A stretch of DNA of 64,000 nucleotides from Candidatus Bathyarchaeota archaeon (GCA_963767735.1 CAVYES010000004.1:416001-480000); one strand, 5' to 3'. Shown: positions 30,017 to 40,055, numbered from the stretch's first letter. The notes: generated by a model not told the origin, from the letters alone. Made by a program: numbers and translations.

Positions 30017-31597
30017 ATGGCAAAAGCTGAGTCTCCAAAGATAACCTACGTTACTCTCTCCGCAGACGAAAGTATACACCCGAAATATGAGGTTGCTCTT
30101 GAAAAATTCGAAGGTGAACTAGGACGGCGCTACCCCATGTATATCGGAGAAGAAGAAGGATGGTCAGAAGGCGGCGAGTTTGAGCACTACAGCCCCATTG
30201 ACACGTCAATAACGATCGGTCGCTTTCAGGTCGGCACACAAGTCCACGCTAAACTTGCAATTGCGGCTGCCAAGAAAGCGTTCCCGAACTGGCATGGAAA
30301 AAACTGGCGGGAACGGGTCAAGATAATGAACAAGGTAGCCGATTTGATTGATGAGCGAAAGTTTGACATTGCGGTTGCCATCACCTATGAGGTCGGGAAG
30401 AACCGGCTTGAAGCCTTGGCAGAATGCTGGGAAGCAATTGATGCGATCAAGTTCTACTCAAAAATCATGGGGAAAAACAACGGATATATCGAAAACATGG
30501 AGTCAGGTGGTCCCGGCGAGCACTCCGTGGTGTTGTCGAAACCTTTCGGGGTTTGGCCTGTTATTTCACCCTTCAACTTTCCCTTTATGCTTGCAAACGG
30601 GATGGCACTTGGCGCTCTCCTTACAGGGAACACAGTTATTCTCAAACCAACCAGCGAGGCTCCTCTTACCGGGCTGATGCTATACAAAGTGTTCAAAGAC
30701 GCTGGAATCCCTGCGGGAGCAATTAACTATGTGACGGGTCCGGGTCCAAATTTCGAGAAGGAGTTCGGTTCAAATAGAGATGTGGCGGGAATCGCCTTTA
30801 CAGGTTCAAAAGACGTTGGCATGAGCCTGTATCATGAGTTCCTAAGTCAGCAGCCGTACCCTAAGCCGATTGTGCTCGAGATGGGAAGCAAAAACCCAGT
30901 TGTTGTAACTTCGTCCGCCAATATCGACAAGGCGGTCGAAGGCACAGTCAGGGCGGCATTCGGCTACGATGGCCAGAAATGCAGTGCAGCATCAAGAATC
31001 TATGTCCAAAGCACCATTCGAAATAATTTCTTGAAAGCGCTCCGCGAACGCGTCAACAAAATAGCCGTGGGCGACCCTAGGGAAAAAGACGTATTCATGG
31101 GACCGGTAATCAACAAAGGCGTAGTAGAGAAATTCACCGCGGCTCTGGCTGAAGCAAAAAAAGCCGGCGGAGAAGTGCTCATCGGAGGAAAAGTGCTCAA
31201 GAAAGGCAAATTCAGAAAAGGATACTACCTTTCTCCAACCATCATCACCGGGTTGCCAGAGACTCACAGGCTTTTCAAAGATGAGCTTTTCATGCCGTTG
31301 GTTGTCGTCAATGAATTCAACACTATAGAGGAAGCCGTTGCCAGAGTTAACGATACCGAGTACGGACTGACAGCAGGCATATTCTCAGAAAACCCCAAAG
31401 AGGTACAAACCTTCATGAACCAAGCGCAATTCGGCGTATTATACACGAACCGAAGTGGCGGAGCAACCACAGGAGCGTGGCCAGGCTCCCAATCCTTTAC
31501 GGGTTGGAACGCAAGCGGGGCAACAGGACGGGGTATAGGAGGACCACACTATTTGCTCAATTTTGTTCGCGACCAATCTCAAACACGCGTTTACTAA
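30017..31597 (+). CDS. Aldehyde dehydrogenase, 1-pyrroline-5-carboxylate dehydrogenase-like
   Basis: ISPFNFP, FTGS, LEMGSKNP, GQKCSA, ELFMP, YGLTAG. Confidence 0.9.
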   Translation: MAKAESPKITYVTLSADESIHPKYEVALEKFEGELGRRYPMYIGEEEGWSEGGEFEHYSPIDTSITIGRFQVGTQVHAKLAIAAAKKAFPNWHGKNWRERVKIMNKVADLIDERKFDIAVAITYEVGKNRLEALAECWEAIDAIKFYSKIMGKNNGYIENMESGGPGEHSVVLSKPFGVWPVISPFNFPFMLANGMALGALLTGNTVILKPTSEAPLTGLMLYKVFKDAGIPAGAINYVTGPGPNFEKEFGSNRDVAGIAFTGSKDVGMSLYHEFLSQQPYPKPIVLEMGSKNPVVVTSSANIDKAVEGTVRAAFGYDGQKCSAASRIYVQSTIRNNFLKALRERVNKIAVGDPREKDVFMGPVINKGVVEKFTAALAEAKKAGGEVLIGGKVLKKGKFRKGYYLSPTIITGLPETHRLFKDELFMPLVVVNEFNTIEEAVARVNDTEYGLTAGIFSENPKEVQTFMNQAQFGVLYTNRSGGATTGAWPGSQSFTGWNASGATGRGIGGPHYLLNFVRDQSQTRVY

Positions 31598-31716
31598 TTA
31601 AAAAAAAGATACCGTAGATTTTGGCCTATATAGCCACAAAACTTGTTGACTCTGGTTCATGAGGTCTACCATAGGTTTCAAACATGATGCTTGGAAAAAA
31701 AGAAATTGAAAGAGGT

Positions 31717-31803
31717 TTACTCTTCGTCTTCGCAGTCTTCACAATCGCAGTCGTCTTCGCAATTCTCTTCTTCTTCTTCGCGCCCAAATATGTTCATTAC
31801 CAT
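31717..31803 (-). CDS. 28-aa acidic Cys-rich microprotein (not in ORF track)
   Basis: MVMNIFGREEEEENCEDDCDCEDCEDEE; BRE/TATA CGAAGAC-TTATAGG at about 31836-31849; oligo-T tract after stop. Confidence 0.65.
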   Translation of the reverse strand: MVMNIFGREEEEENCEDDCDCEDCEDEE

Positions 31804-31999
31804 TTTTAAAAACCAACAAATCTTAACACTGGCAACCTATAAGTCTTCGCTAAAACTCTTTGGATTCAAATTCCTGTTGGACACACCATAATCTTGAACT
31901 GTAAAAAACTTAAATCGAATTCGATTAACATTAAAGTTTAACATTTTATGATTGGACGATTTATTAGGAGGACCTCTTTAAACTCTGAAGGCAGTTAAG

Positions 32000-32662
32000 A
32001 TGGCAAATTTAGGGGATCAATATAGATGTCCAATGGGTCGCTGCGGCAGGTTAGTTGCCACAATGATGAATCAGCATCATGAACCGCTTACGCTTTGGGG
32101 ATTAACAAAGATAACTGTTAGACAAGACTTTGTAATTTTGGATGTTGGTTGTGGAGGTGGCAAAACAATTAGCAAATTAGCCCAGCTGGCACCCCAAGGA
32201 AAAGTCTTCGGTATCGACTATTCAGCCGACATGGTGAAATTCTCCCAAAAAATTAACAAAACACTGATTGCTCAAAACCGAGTAGAAATAATCGAAGGGT
32301 CGGTTGAAAAAATGTCTTTTAAAGATGACTTCTTTGATTTGGTGACTGCTTTTGAAACTTACTATTTTTGGACCAAATTTCCTGATGCCTTAAAAGAAAT
32401 TAAACGCGTGCTAAAACCAGGCGGGAAACTGCTTTTAGTTAATGAACTAATATATGGAGCTACCCCTGAAAAACTGATTGAGGAAACGCATGTGAAACTT
32501 TGGCCTCTGGCGGAAATCCGAAATGTTATGAAGTCGGTTGGTTTTGTTTGTATCCAAATATTAACTGAAGCTGAATCGCCTTGGAACGCAATTCTCGCCC
32601 AAAAACAGACAGACAGATTTCTTGAAGGCTTTAAAAACAGTGGAAATTTCAGTTTTAAGTAG
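32000..32662 (+). CDS. Class I SAM-dependent methyltransferase
   Basis: ILDVGCGGG, GIDYS..MV, FDLVTA.E, RVLKPGG. Confidence 0.93.
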   Translation: MANLGDQYRCPMGRCGRLVATMMNQHHEPLTLWGLTKITVRQDFVILDVGCGGGKTISKLAQLAPQGKVFGIDYSADMVKFSQKINKTLIAQNRVEIIEGSVEKMSFKDDFFDLVTAFETYYFWTKFPDALKEIKRVLKPGGKLLLVNELIYGATPEKLIEETHVKLWPLAEIRNVMKSVGFVCIQILTEAESPWNAILAQKQTDRFLEGFKNSGNFSFK

Positions 32663-32712
32663 CTTTATTCTTCTTTCGCGATCTGTGGGCGACAAAAATA
32701 TTTAGCGCCGCG

Positions 32713-32850
32713 TTAAATCGAGTTTTTCATCGACGGATAGTACGGTATGATTATTTTCACCGTCTTATCTTCGGTTTTTTCCACTTGTTTTTTTATAGGT
32801 AATAAAAGTTCTTCAGAATTTCGAACTTGAATATTTTGTAAGGAGCACAC
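32713..32850 (-). CDS. 45-aa MCSL microprotein, copy 1 (not in ORF track)
   Basis: GTG start; 19/44 ungapped identity to ORF 51923-52057; shared upstream 16-mer. Confidence 0.7.
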   Translation of the reverse strand: MCSLQNIQVRNSEELLLPIKKQVEKTEDKTVKIIIPYYPSMKNSI

Positions 32851-32937
32851 GACAGTTCCCTTTGAAGCTTGGGTATTTTAGGTTTTATGAATTATTAGTC
32901 CACTTGAGTGCTATCATTTGCCATTTATCGCCAATTA

Positions 32938-33715
32938 TTATTGACGAAGTATTTTTGAGTTGATTCCGTCGAACTCCACTGTTTTTTCCTGACCGGTTTT
33001 CGAATTTACAAACTTGACTTTGTAAATAGGGTAGTAAACTGCTGTTTATATCTTTTGGGCGTTTCACTGTTCTTTCTTTTATAACATCCACGTCTAGGTT
33101 TTGGGCAAGTTCTTTTAATCCGAATTCTGCAATTATTTCTTGGGGGGAATTCTCGGATGGCGCGTAACAAAGCATATTCGCGTTGACTTCTTTGCCTTCA
33201 CTGTTTAAGACAAGGAAGACTTTGTTTTCCATTATAATGTGCTCTTCTCCTTCGAGTTTAATGTTGGGTTTTGCTGTTATGCTTGCTTGTTGTTCGGGCA
33301 AAAACTGTTTGTCCAATAAAATGACTTCTCTAACTGTCGAGTCAACTGGGATTGAATAGGCTGACTTGCGATAATAATCAATCGCGTATTTTCCGTAAAC
33401 CGCATTGTATAGCTGGTAGTACTTTTCAATGGAAGCAAACTGAATTTCTTCAGGTTTGGGCTTTAGAAAGCCATATCTTATGAAAAGTTGTTGTTTGATT
33501 CTACTGCTTGCTTCTCTTATCGCTGCGTCATCAATAACAGTTGCGTAAACGATAGTTTTCCTTGGGGCAATATTTTCCTTCGAAACATCATTTTCAGCCG
33601 GCTTCGCTGTTATTTGTTCCGTTTTTTCTGTAGCAGGTTCTGTTATTTGTTCAGATTTTTCCGCTGTTGAGTCGATAAGCACAATTGTCTGCTCAGGAGA
33701 TGTAGTCTCGGTCAA
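32938..33715 (-). CDS. Hypothetical protein with frameshift near 33040
   Basis: After KRPKDI an alternative frame reads AVYYPIYKVKFVNSKTGQEKTVEFDGINSKILRQ* ending at 32938; short N-terminal EK.EQIT repeat. Confidence 0.55.
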
Positions 33716-34144
33716 ACTGATACCTCTTATGTAAAGTATGTCTGTAGTAGTGTGATATAAGATTTATGTTCGCCTCAGCTGAAAAACCGCGAGATGCCTC
33801 GCCGCTTACACATTACACTATTGGACCAAGTTGGCTTCAAGTGGGTGCGGGATTAAATTTTGATCTCAAACAGCTATGCAAAACCGAGGCATCCGTTTTC
33901 TGGCGCCCGCCGCGTTCCCATCGGCTTTATCTGTGGTCGGGAACCTGCCTGCTTTTTATTCTGCCCTGAAACGCATCCATTAGGCATGAATAACGCAGAA
34001 TCCGAGTTAGAAAATAAAAATAAACATAAATGAACAATAATAAGTAGAAATAAACAGTTATGAACAATATTATACGAAAATAGGCTCAGAAACGCTTTTA
34101 TTTAACTTACAGAATCTTGAGAGTTCAGAAACTTGATGATCAAA

Positions 34145-35023
34145 ATGAAAACTATCATTAAAAATAAAACAATGATTGCCGCAATTCTCCTAACCGCAAT
34201 CGCAGTAATAGGCCTAAGTTTTACAGGAGCATTCGCAAGTACAGTATCTACGGCTGTTTCACCTATACCTACATCTTCAGCTACACCTGGACCTTCAACT
34301 ACGCCCACTTGTTCACCTGTATCAACGGTACTTCCAGTCGTAATTCCCATTCGAAGTAACTGGGTAAGAATAGATGGCAACATTACCTCGTGGGGAACCC
34401 AAGTGGCTCCGGTAGTTAAAGGCGCTCTCACGGTAATGGCTGCAACCACAAGCAGAACCGGTGTTCCAACAAACTGGTTCGACTCAGCCACTGCGCTTTG
34501 GACTAACACAACCAAAACCAGCCTAGATGGTACCGCCACCTACAATTATTATGCAGCAAGACTTGTAAAAGCCAGCTTCACCGCGACCAACTTCCAAGGA
34601 AACGACTTCTACATGAACGGTACATGGAGCGTTGCCAACATCACAATCACCCGAACAGTAACCAAAACAGACGGCTCAATCAACATCCAATCAAACACCA
34701 ACATCACCCCTATTGAAGTCAGAGTGTACGGAGAACTGAACGTAACTGGATCTTGGACTAAGTTCACTCTGGACATCACTGGAATACCTCTGCTTGACGG
34801 CACAGTCAACCGATCAATAGAAAGACAGACGGTGTTTAACAGGTTCGATATAGTTAACGCAGGACAAGACACCACAATTACACGAGCCGACCTAACTACC
34901 ATTGAACACGACTACGGCGCAGTACCTGGCAACTCAAACTACGACGAAAACATGGACTTCCACGGCACATACCAAATAGACATATGCGATGTGGCAACCG
35001 TAGCAGCCAACGTGCAATCATAA
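34145..35023 (+). CDS. Secreted protein with degenerate dockerin/EF-hand-like C-terminus
   Basis: Signal peptide (AFA), S/T/P linker, beta-rich core, FDI...D..I...DL...YG..PG..NY....D...IDI.D...VA.N tail. Confidence 0.7.
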   Translation: MKTIIKNKTMIAAILLTAIAVIGLSFTGAFASTVSTAVSPIPTSSATPGPSTTPTCSPVSTVLPVVIPIRSNWVRIDGNITSWGTQVAPVVKGALTVMAATTSRTGVPTNWFDSATALWTNTTKTSLDGTATYNYYAARLVKASFTATNFQGNDFYMNGTWSVANITITRTVTKTDGSINIQSNTNITPIEVRVYGELNVTGSWTKFTLDITGIPLLDGTVNRSIERQTVFNRFDIVNAGQDTTITRADLTTIEHDYGAVPGNSNYDENMDFHGTYQIDICDVATVAANVQS

Positions 35024-35185
35024 ATTTCTCATCCACTTTTATTTTTTTCAACAAATCCACATATAGAATAATCCGAGAGCCTTAACAAAATTACTTTTCA
35101 GCCTAAACCATGCATAATCATTATGCTTCTTTCTGAATGCTATATCAGATCATGTGATTTTCCCAGCGCTATAATCTGAGTAATT

Positions 35186-35773
35186 TTAGGATTTTATTGT
35201 TTTTAGCCATTCAAGAAAAGTTTCTCTCATTTTTTGCAGGTTTTCCAGTACATGCACGTCTTCCATGTTTTCGAGTTTCCGGACTTGGTCAGCTTCTTCT
35301 TTGCGTACTCTTAGCTTCATTTCTTTACCATTTGGAAGCTTCGTGTAAACGATGCTTTCTTTGAAATCAGTTGGCAGTATGTAAACGGGGACAAAGGCTT
35401 TCAAACTCATAATAGCCGAGTTCGTAATCAACGTGTCACCTATGCCACTGACGATTTTAGCAACCGTATTTGACGTTGCTGGGGCTATGAGCAAAAACTC
35501 GTATTTGCGCATTTGCAGCCAAGCGGCGAGAAAAGGAGAATTAGAATTAAGCTCAACCTGTACTTTCGGAAAATTCCTCTTCAAGTCATCCTCAAGCAGA
35601 TAAAACTTCAGCACAGTATCAGCGGCTTTCGAAACAAAAACCTCAATCTCCACAACATCTTCCGACTGCTTCTTTAGATCCTTCATAACTTCCAATATTT
35701 CCGCTATTTTATCGCCGGCACCAGTAATTCCCCAAGCAACCTTACGCTTCTTAACCCTAACACTTTCAACCAT
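35186..35773 (-). CDS. afpA: Archaeoflavoprotein AfpA family
   Basis: VAWGITGAG, APATSNTVAKI..GI.DTLITN, ILPTD, TKLP.G...LRVR. Confidence 0.85.
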   Translation of the reverse strand: MVESVRVKKRKVAWGITGAGDKIAEILEVMKDLKKQSEDVVEIEVFVSKAADTVLKFYLLEDDLKRNFPKVQVELNSNSPFLAAWLQMRKYEFLLIAPATSNTVAKIVSGIGDTLITNSAIMSLKAFVPVYILPTDFKESIVYTKLPNGKEMKLRVRKEEADQVRKLENMEDVHVLENLQKMRETFLEWLKTIKS

Positions 35774-35785
35774 AATGACCCGCCG

Positions 35786-36382
35786 TTATTTTTCCCCATA
35801 CTTCTCCATGAAATCTGCAAAACGCTTGACCGTCTTCTTTAAACTCCTAAAACCCTCTTCATCCAACTTGACACCCTCTAAAGTGTCCTTACTCCAGAAG
35901 GTTGCGCCTAAATTAGCGCCAAAAAATCCTCCACCTACAGGTATCATTCCGTTTATAATGTAGAAGGTGTGAATCTGCATAAGTGCGAATTCTTGGCCGC
36001 CGTTTCTGTCTCCTCCCGTGACTATGCCCATGCCGATTTTGCCTTTGAAAACATTTTTGTCGGCAGCAACTACTGCGCGGGTTCTATCCATCACTGCTTT
36101 CAATTGAGCACTTACGCCGCCGTTGTACACCGGTGTTGCAAAAATAACTCCTTTTGCCTCAGTAAGTAACGCATAAGCATTCTGCACGTCATCTTGAAAA
36201 AAGCATTCCTTGTTACTGAGGCAATAATCACAATGTATGCAAAACTCGATCCATTTCCCCTGAACCGTCCACAACTGCGTTTCAAAACCTTTCTCGTTGA
36301 GCATCCGCAACGCTTCCTTCAAAACGTAATCAGTTGCTTGTTCTCTTGGGCTACCACAAATTCCAACTATCATAATCTTCAC
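35786..36382 (-). CDS. isf: Iron-sulfur flavoprotein (Isf, flavodoxin family)
   Basis: GSPR, CIHCDYC.....C cluster motif, TPVYNG.VS..LK..MDR, GGDRNGGQE. Confidence 0.9.
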   Translation of the reverse strand: MKIMIVGICGSPREQATDYVLKEALRMLNEKGFETQLWTVQGKWIEFCIHCDYCLSNKECFFQDDVQNAYALLTEAKGVIFATPVYNGGVSAQLKAVMDRTRAVVAADKNVFKGKIGMGIVTGGDRNGGQEFALMQIHTFYIINGMIPVGGGFFGANLGATFWSKDTLEGVKLDEEGFRSLKKTVKRFADFMEKYGEK

Positions 36383-36426
36383 TAAAACCTTAACTGTTAA
36401 TCTGAATTAAAGCATTACTCCAAACT

Positions 36427-37074
36427 CTAGCCCGCTAATATTATGTAGATTCCAATGGCAGCGATAATAAAGCCCACAATGGAGTCGTTATATTTCTCCG
36501 GGACATGCTCGAACGTTTTGGCAAGTCCTTTAGCTCCAACTTGAACCAGAACCAATTGAGCCAGAATCGAAGTTACTACAAAGATGATTAGAAGATCGAC
36601 CGCGAACATTACGCCAACCGTGATAGACGCAAGGAATATCGGAGCGATGCTTAAATCTGGAGATAGGGCTGCGCCAAGGACGGCAAAGTAACCAATTCCA
36701 TTGAGTTTTGATGCGTTCTTTTTTTCCTTCTCAAGCAATTTTTCTCCAGGGGTAACCTCTTCCTTCTTTTTTGAAACAAGAGCCCTAACGCCGATGAAAA
36801 GCCCCACTCCAAGCATTACTAATCCGACAGCATACGAAATATAGGAAGAGATCAACCTTGAGAACAATAGACCTACTATGGCGATTCCAAATCCTAAAGC
36901 CGCTGAAACGGCAGCGTGACCCGATGCAGTTGCAAATGATACACCAAATAATTTTTTACTATTCCAACCCGACTCTCGGCTCAGAATGCAAAGAGTAACC
37001 CAGTGGTCTGGAGCTGCCATGTGCAAAACTCCAACAAGCGCTGCCCCAATCAACAAAGGTGTAAGGTCAGTCAT
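36427..37074 (-). CDS. Ni/Co transporter-like membrane protein (H-x4-DH motif)
   Basis: LHMAAPDHW and SGH motifs, about 6 TM; next to NiCoT gene. Confidence 0.7.
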   Translation of the reverse strand: MTDLTPLLIGAALVGVLHMAAPDHWVTLCILSRESGWNSKKLFGVSFATASGHAAVSAALGFGIAIVGLLFSRLISSYISYAVGLVMLGVGLFIGVRALVSKKKEEVTPGEKLLEKEKKNASKLNGIGYFAVLGAALSPDLSIAPIFLASITVGVMFAVDLLIIFVVTSILAQLVLVQVGAKGLAKTFEHVPEKYNDSIVGFIIAAIGIYIILAG

Positions 37075-37155
37075 ATGAAACGAATCAACCTTGCGCAACT
37101 CACGTTTTAGGTCTTTGGCTGTTCTTCAAAGTTTTTTGAAAGCTCATGTTCATAG

Positions 37156-37170
37156 TTGACAACCTACCCA
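37156..37170. promoter_or_regulatory. Palindromic box, weak copy (TTGACAACCTACCCA)
   Basis: 10/14 match to TGGATAAnTTATCCA; abuts minus-strand TAAAAATA at 37171-37178. Confidence 0.5.
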
Positions 37171-37296
37171 TATTTTTACCCATAATGATTGGACGTGTGT
37201 TGGTCAAAACAGTTTTTCTCCGCTTTTAACACAGCTTACAGCCTACTTAATCAGCAGTTCCTCATTATTCTTGAGTCCTTTCACTGTTTTTTCACG

Positions 37297-38367
37297 TTAA
37301 CAGGGGATAGCATCGATCTTTGATTTAATCTTGACCTTGTACACAGCATAGGAAACGATAAACGTTGAAACAAACGTAATTATAATTCCCACTCCGACGT
37401 AACCCCAGTATTGACCACTTACCACATTTATGGCACCCCAGAAGGGCCCTCCCAAGTTCAGTTGAGATCCCACCAAACCGATAGTTTCGATACTTGCAGC
37501 TATTAGCGCCACCAACACAGACACTGTCGTCATAGTAATATTATACCACAGTTTTTTCAGAGTTCCTCTAAATGCCCAACCGTAAGCAAAGTTCATAAAA
37601 AAGCCATCAGTACTGTCGGTAAGAATCATTCCAGCGGCAAAGAGAAACGGAAAAATAAATAGAGTGTAGAACGGAATGTTTAGAACCAAACTTCCCACAG
37701 TTACAGATATCGCGAGAAGCGCCACTTGTGTGGCAGTGTCAAAGCTTAATCCAAACAAAAATCCTATTGGTAGCATGTAATATTGTTGATCGACAATTTT
37801 GAGTAGCCGGGCTATGTACTTGTTCATGAATCCTTTGGTCGCAAGCATATTGTCTACTTCAGAGTCTGAACACTGTTTTTTCTCCATTCTTTTGAATACG
37901 CCCCAGAGATGAAAAACAATTTGAACATTCAAAATGGCGATTATAAAAAGAAAAACTGCGCTAACTAACGAGCCTACAATTGAAAGCGCGGGGACGAAAG
38001 AAGTCAGATATTTTGCGGCTAATATCAGCCCGAAAGCAAAAATAAAGACTGCTCCAGAGTGCCCCAAGCTAAAGAAAGTGCCTGTGAAGGTTGAGGGTTT
38101 CTTTTCCTGCATTAATTTTCGAGTCGTGTTGTCGATTGCTGCTAAATGGTCTGCATCGAGCCCGTGTGATAATCCAAGGATCCACGCTAGCGTGCCTAAC
38201 GCTACGAAGGTTGCAAATTCTTCTACACTGCCTGTATGAACATTGAATTTTATATTCCCTGTGGAGGTTGTAAGATCGTACAACCATAGGAAAAGTGCTG
38301 CGGTTATAGCTATTTCTATTGCGTAGAAGAGTATAATGGATTTTTTTGAGCCTAAATTTTTAAGCAT
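37297..38367 (-). CDS. Second NiCoT family transporter, probably cobalt
   Basis: GLSHGLDADHLAAIDN, FSLGHS, GLSFDTAT; lies in the corrinoid cluster. Confidence 0.92.
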   Translation of the reverse strand: MLKNLGSKKSIILFYAIEIAITAALFLWLYDLTTSTGNIKFNVHTGSVEEFATFVALGTLAWILGLSHGLDADHLAAIDNTTRKLMQEKKPSTFTGTFFSLGHSGAVFIFAFGLILAAKYLTSFVPALSIVGSLVSAVFLFIIAILNVQIVFHLWGVFKRMEKKQCSDSEVDNMLATKGFMNKYIARLLKIVDQQYYMLPIGFLFGLSFDTATQVALLAISVTVGSLVLNIPFYTLFIFPFLFAAGMILTDSTDGFFMNFAYGWAFRGTLKKLWYNITMTTVSVLVALIAASIETIGLVGSQLNLGGPFWGAINVVSGQYWGYVGVGIIITFVSTFIVSYAVYKVKIKSKIDAIPC

Positions 38368-38401
38368 GCGCTTTGTCGCCCTGTTTGCTTTTTCTTCTAC
38401 C

Positions 38402-38416
38402 TGGATGATTCATCCA
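38402..38416. promoter_or_regulatory. Palindromic box TGGATGATTCATCCA
   Basis: Perfect inverted repeat (17 bp with flanks) 8 nt downstream of minus-strand BRE/TATA CGAAAG-TTAATAAG. Confidence 0.8.
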
Positions 38417-38460
38417 GCTGAATACTTATTAACTTTCGCTTAACTAAAGTTAAGTACAGG

Positions 38461-39325
38461 TTGAATAACTTGCCCAGAAAAAACCAAAACCTCCTCCTGC
38501 AAAACAAAGGTGAATTCACCAAATTCCAAATCCTCCTCGAAGTCATGCACAACCAACCCCATGTAAAACAAAAAGAAATCGCCGATACAATGGGAATCAC
38601 TATTCAAGCCATCTCAAAATACTTCAAAAAACTCACAAAAGAAGGGCTCATTGAAGCGGGTTCAGGACGCGCAGATTATCACTTAACCCCAAAAGGGAAA
38701 GGTAAACTTCATGATGACCTAAAGAGTTTGGAGCGTTACGTTGCCTCCATCAGAAATGAGATTAAAATTGAGCATGCTTGGCCAGCCATAGCTACCCAAC
38801 CCGTCAAAGCAGGGCAAACTAGTTGCCTTAATCGTCAAAGAAGGCGTCATGTACACTGTTGACCCAAACAGTCCAGTTGCGGAATTAAAAGGTGTAGCCA
38901 TGGCAGACGCTGCAGTGGGAGAAGATTTGGGGCTAAGAAACCTACAGGGCAAAATGAACCTTAAACATGGCAAAATCCTCATCGTCAAGTTGCCTAGCAT
39001 AAGACAAGGTGGCTCAAGGTCAGTAGACATAGCAAAAGTCCAAGCTCTTTATGAGGAGTTCAAGCCAGACAGAATAGCGGTCATGGGGGCGGTTGGCAGA
39101 GCCGTTCTAAACAAACTGAAGCTGAAAGCAGACATCGAATTCGGCATTAGCCACGCCGTCGCCATTGCAGCTTCAAGAGGTCTTAACGTTTTTGTGCTTG
39201 TTGTGGGCAGAATGACCAACCGCATGACGCAGGAAATAGAAAATGTTAACATGAAAAATGCAGCCAACATAAGCTACGAAGTAAGGGACGCGAAAAACTT
39301 TAACCCAACGGATGCTGCGAAATGA
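38461..39325 (+). CDS. Winged-helix transcriptional regulator, COG1497-like (one +1 indel near 38817)
   Basis: TKFQILLEV...QP.VKQKEIA..MGIT.QAIS.Y.K.L..EG HTH; removing one A joins the two ORFs (AGQLVALIVKEGVMY); C-terminal P....GGSR..D and EFG motifs; real start may be TTG 38470. Confidence 0.8.
38462..38476. promoter_or_regulatory. Palindromic box TGAATAACTTGCCCA over the regulator start
   Basis: 11/14 match; 5 nt downstream of TTAAGTA (38450-38456). Confidence 0.6.
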
Positions 39326-39419
39326 GTATTTTGGCAAATTATAAAAACCTAACATCACTTAGTTAGAACATGTAAAATATCGAATCATCTTAAAAAAATA
39401 CATACGGGAACTGAACTAC

Positions 39420-40055
39420 ATGTCGAAAGACGAAACGATGATAGAATCCCTTGATTTTATTAGAGAGCAGGCGTTAGAATTGGGCGCTGTAGACGCAAAG
39501 ATTATCCCCGTTGAAAAAATCGTGATTGAAGACCGTGTTGTTTTCAAATGCCAGCTGGGCTGCGAAAAATATGGAAAGACGTTGGCATGCCCCCCTTATG
39601 CTCCTTCGCCAGAGATGTTTCGAAAAATCGTTAGCGAGTATCGCTATGCATTGTTCATGAAATTTAAATCACAGGCCGAAGGGGACGCAGAACTGATAAA
39701 GTATCTCACAAAATCAAATGATCCCGCCGTTCCAGAAGAGATGAAGGCAAAAGTGGAAAGCTTTTGGTCTGCGTGGAAGGATGATATGAAAAAATTGCTT
39801 AACACAGTCATAGAACTCGAAAAAGCGGCTGCTGGAAGAGGGTATCTGCTCGCTATTGGGCTGGTTTCTGGGTCTTGTCAGTTGTGTGAAAAATGCAACG
39901 TGGAAAAAGGACTTTGCGTGCATCCCACAATGAAACGATATTCCGAAGAAGGGGTTGGAGTGAACGTGAAAGCGACCGCGGAGAAAGCTGGCTTAAAATT
40001 TACTTTACCCTTTGAGAAAAACCCTGAAACATATGCTCTGCTCTTAATAGATTAG
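39420..40055 (+). CDS. DUF2284 predicted metal-binding protein
   Basis: KC..GC..YG..L.CPP, GSC.LC..C, C.HP..KRYS.EG.G.NV. Confidence 0.88.
   Translation: MSKDETMIESLDFIREQALELGAVDAKIIPVEKIVIEDRVVFKCQLGCEKYGKTLACPPYAPSPEMFRKIVSEYRYALFMKFKSQAEGDAELIKYLTKSNDPAVPEEMKAKVESFWSAWKDDMKKLLNTVIELEKAAAGRGYLLAIGLVSGSCQLCEKCNVEKGLCVHPTMKRYSEEGVGVNVKATAEKAGLKFTLPFEKNPETYALLLID

Noticed and set aside
31691-31891. Ser-rich 66-aa plus-strand ORF
   Set aside because: Antisense shadow of the acidic peptide; promoter and terminator signals favour the minus strand.
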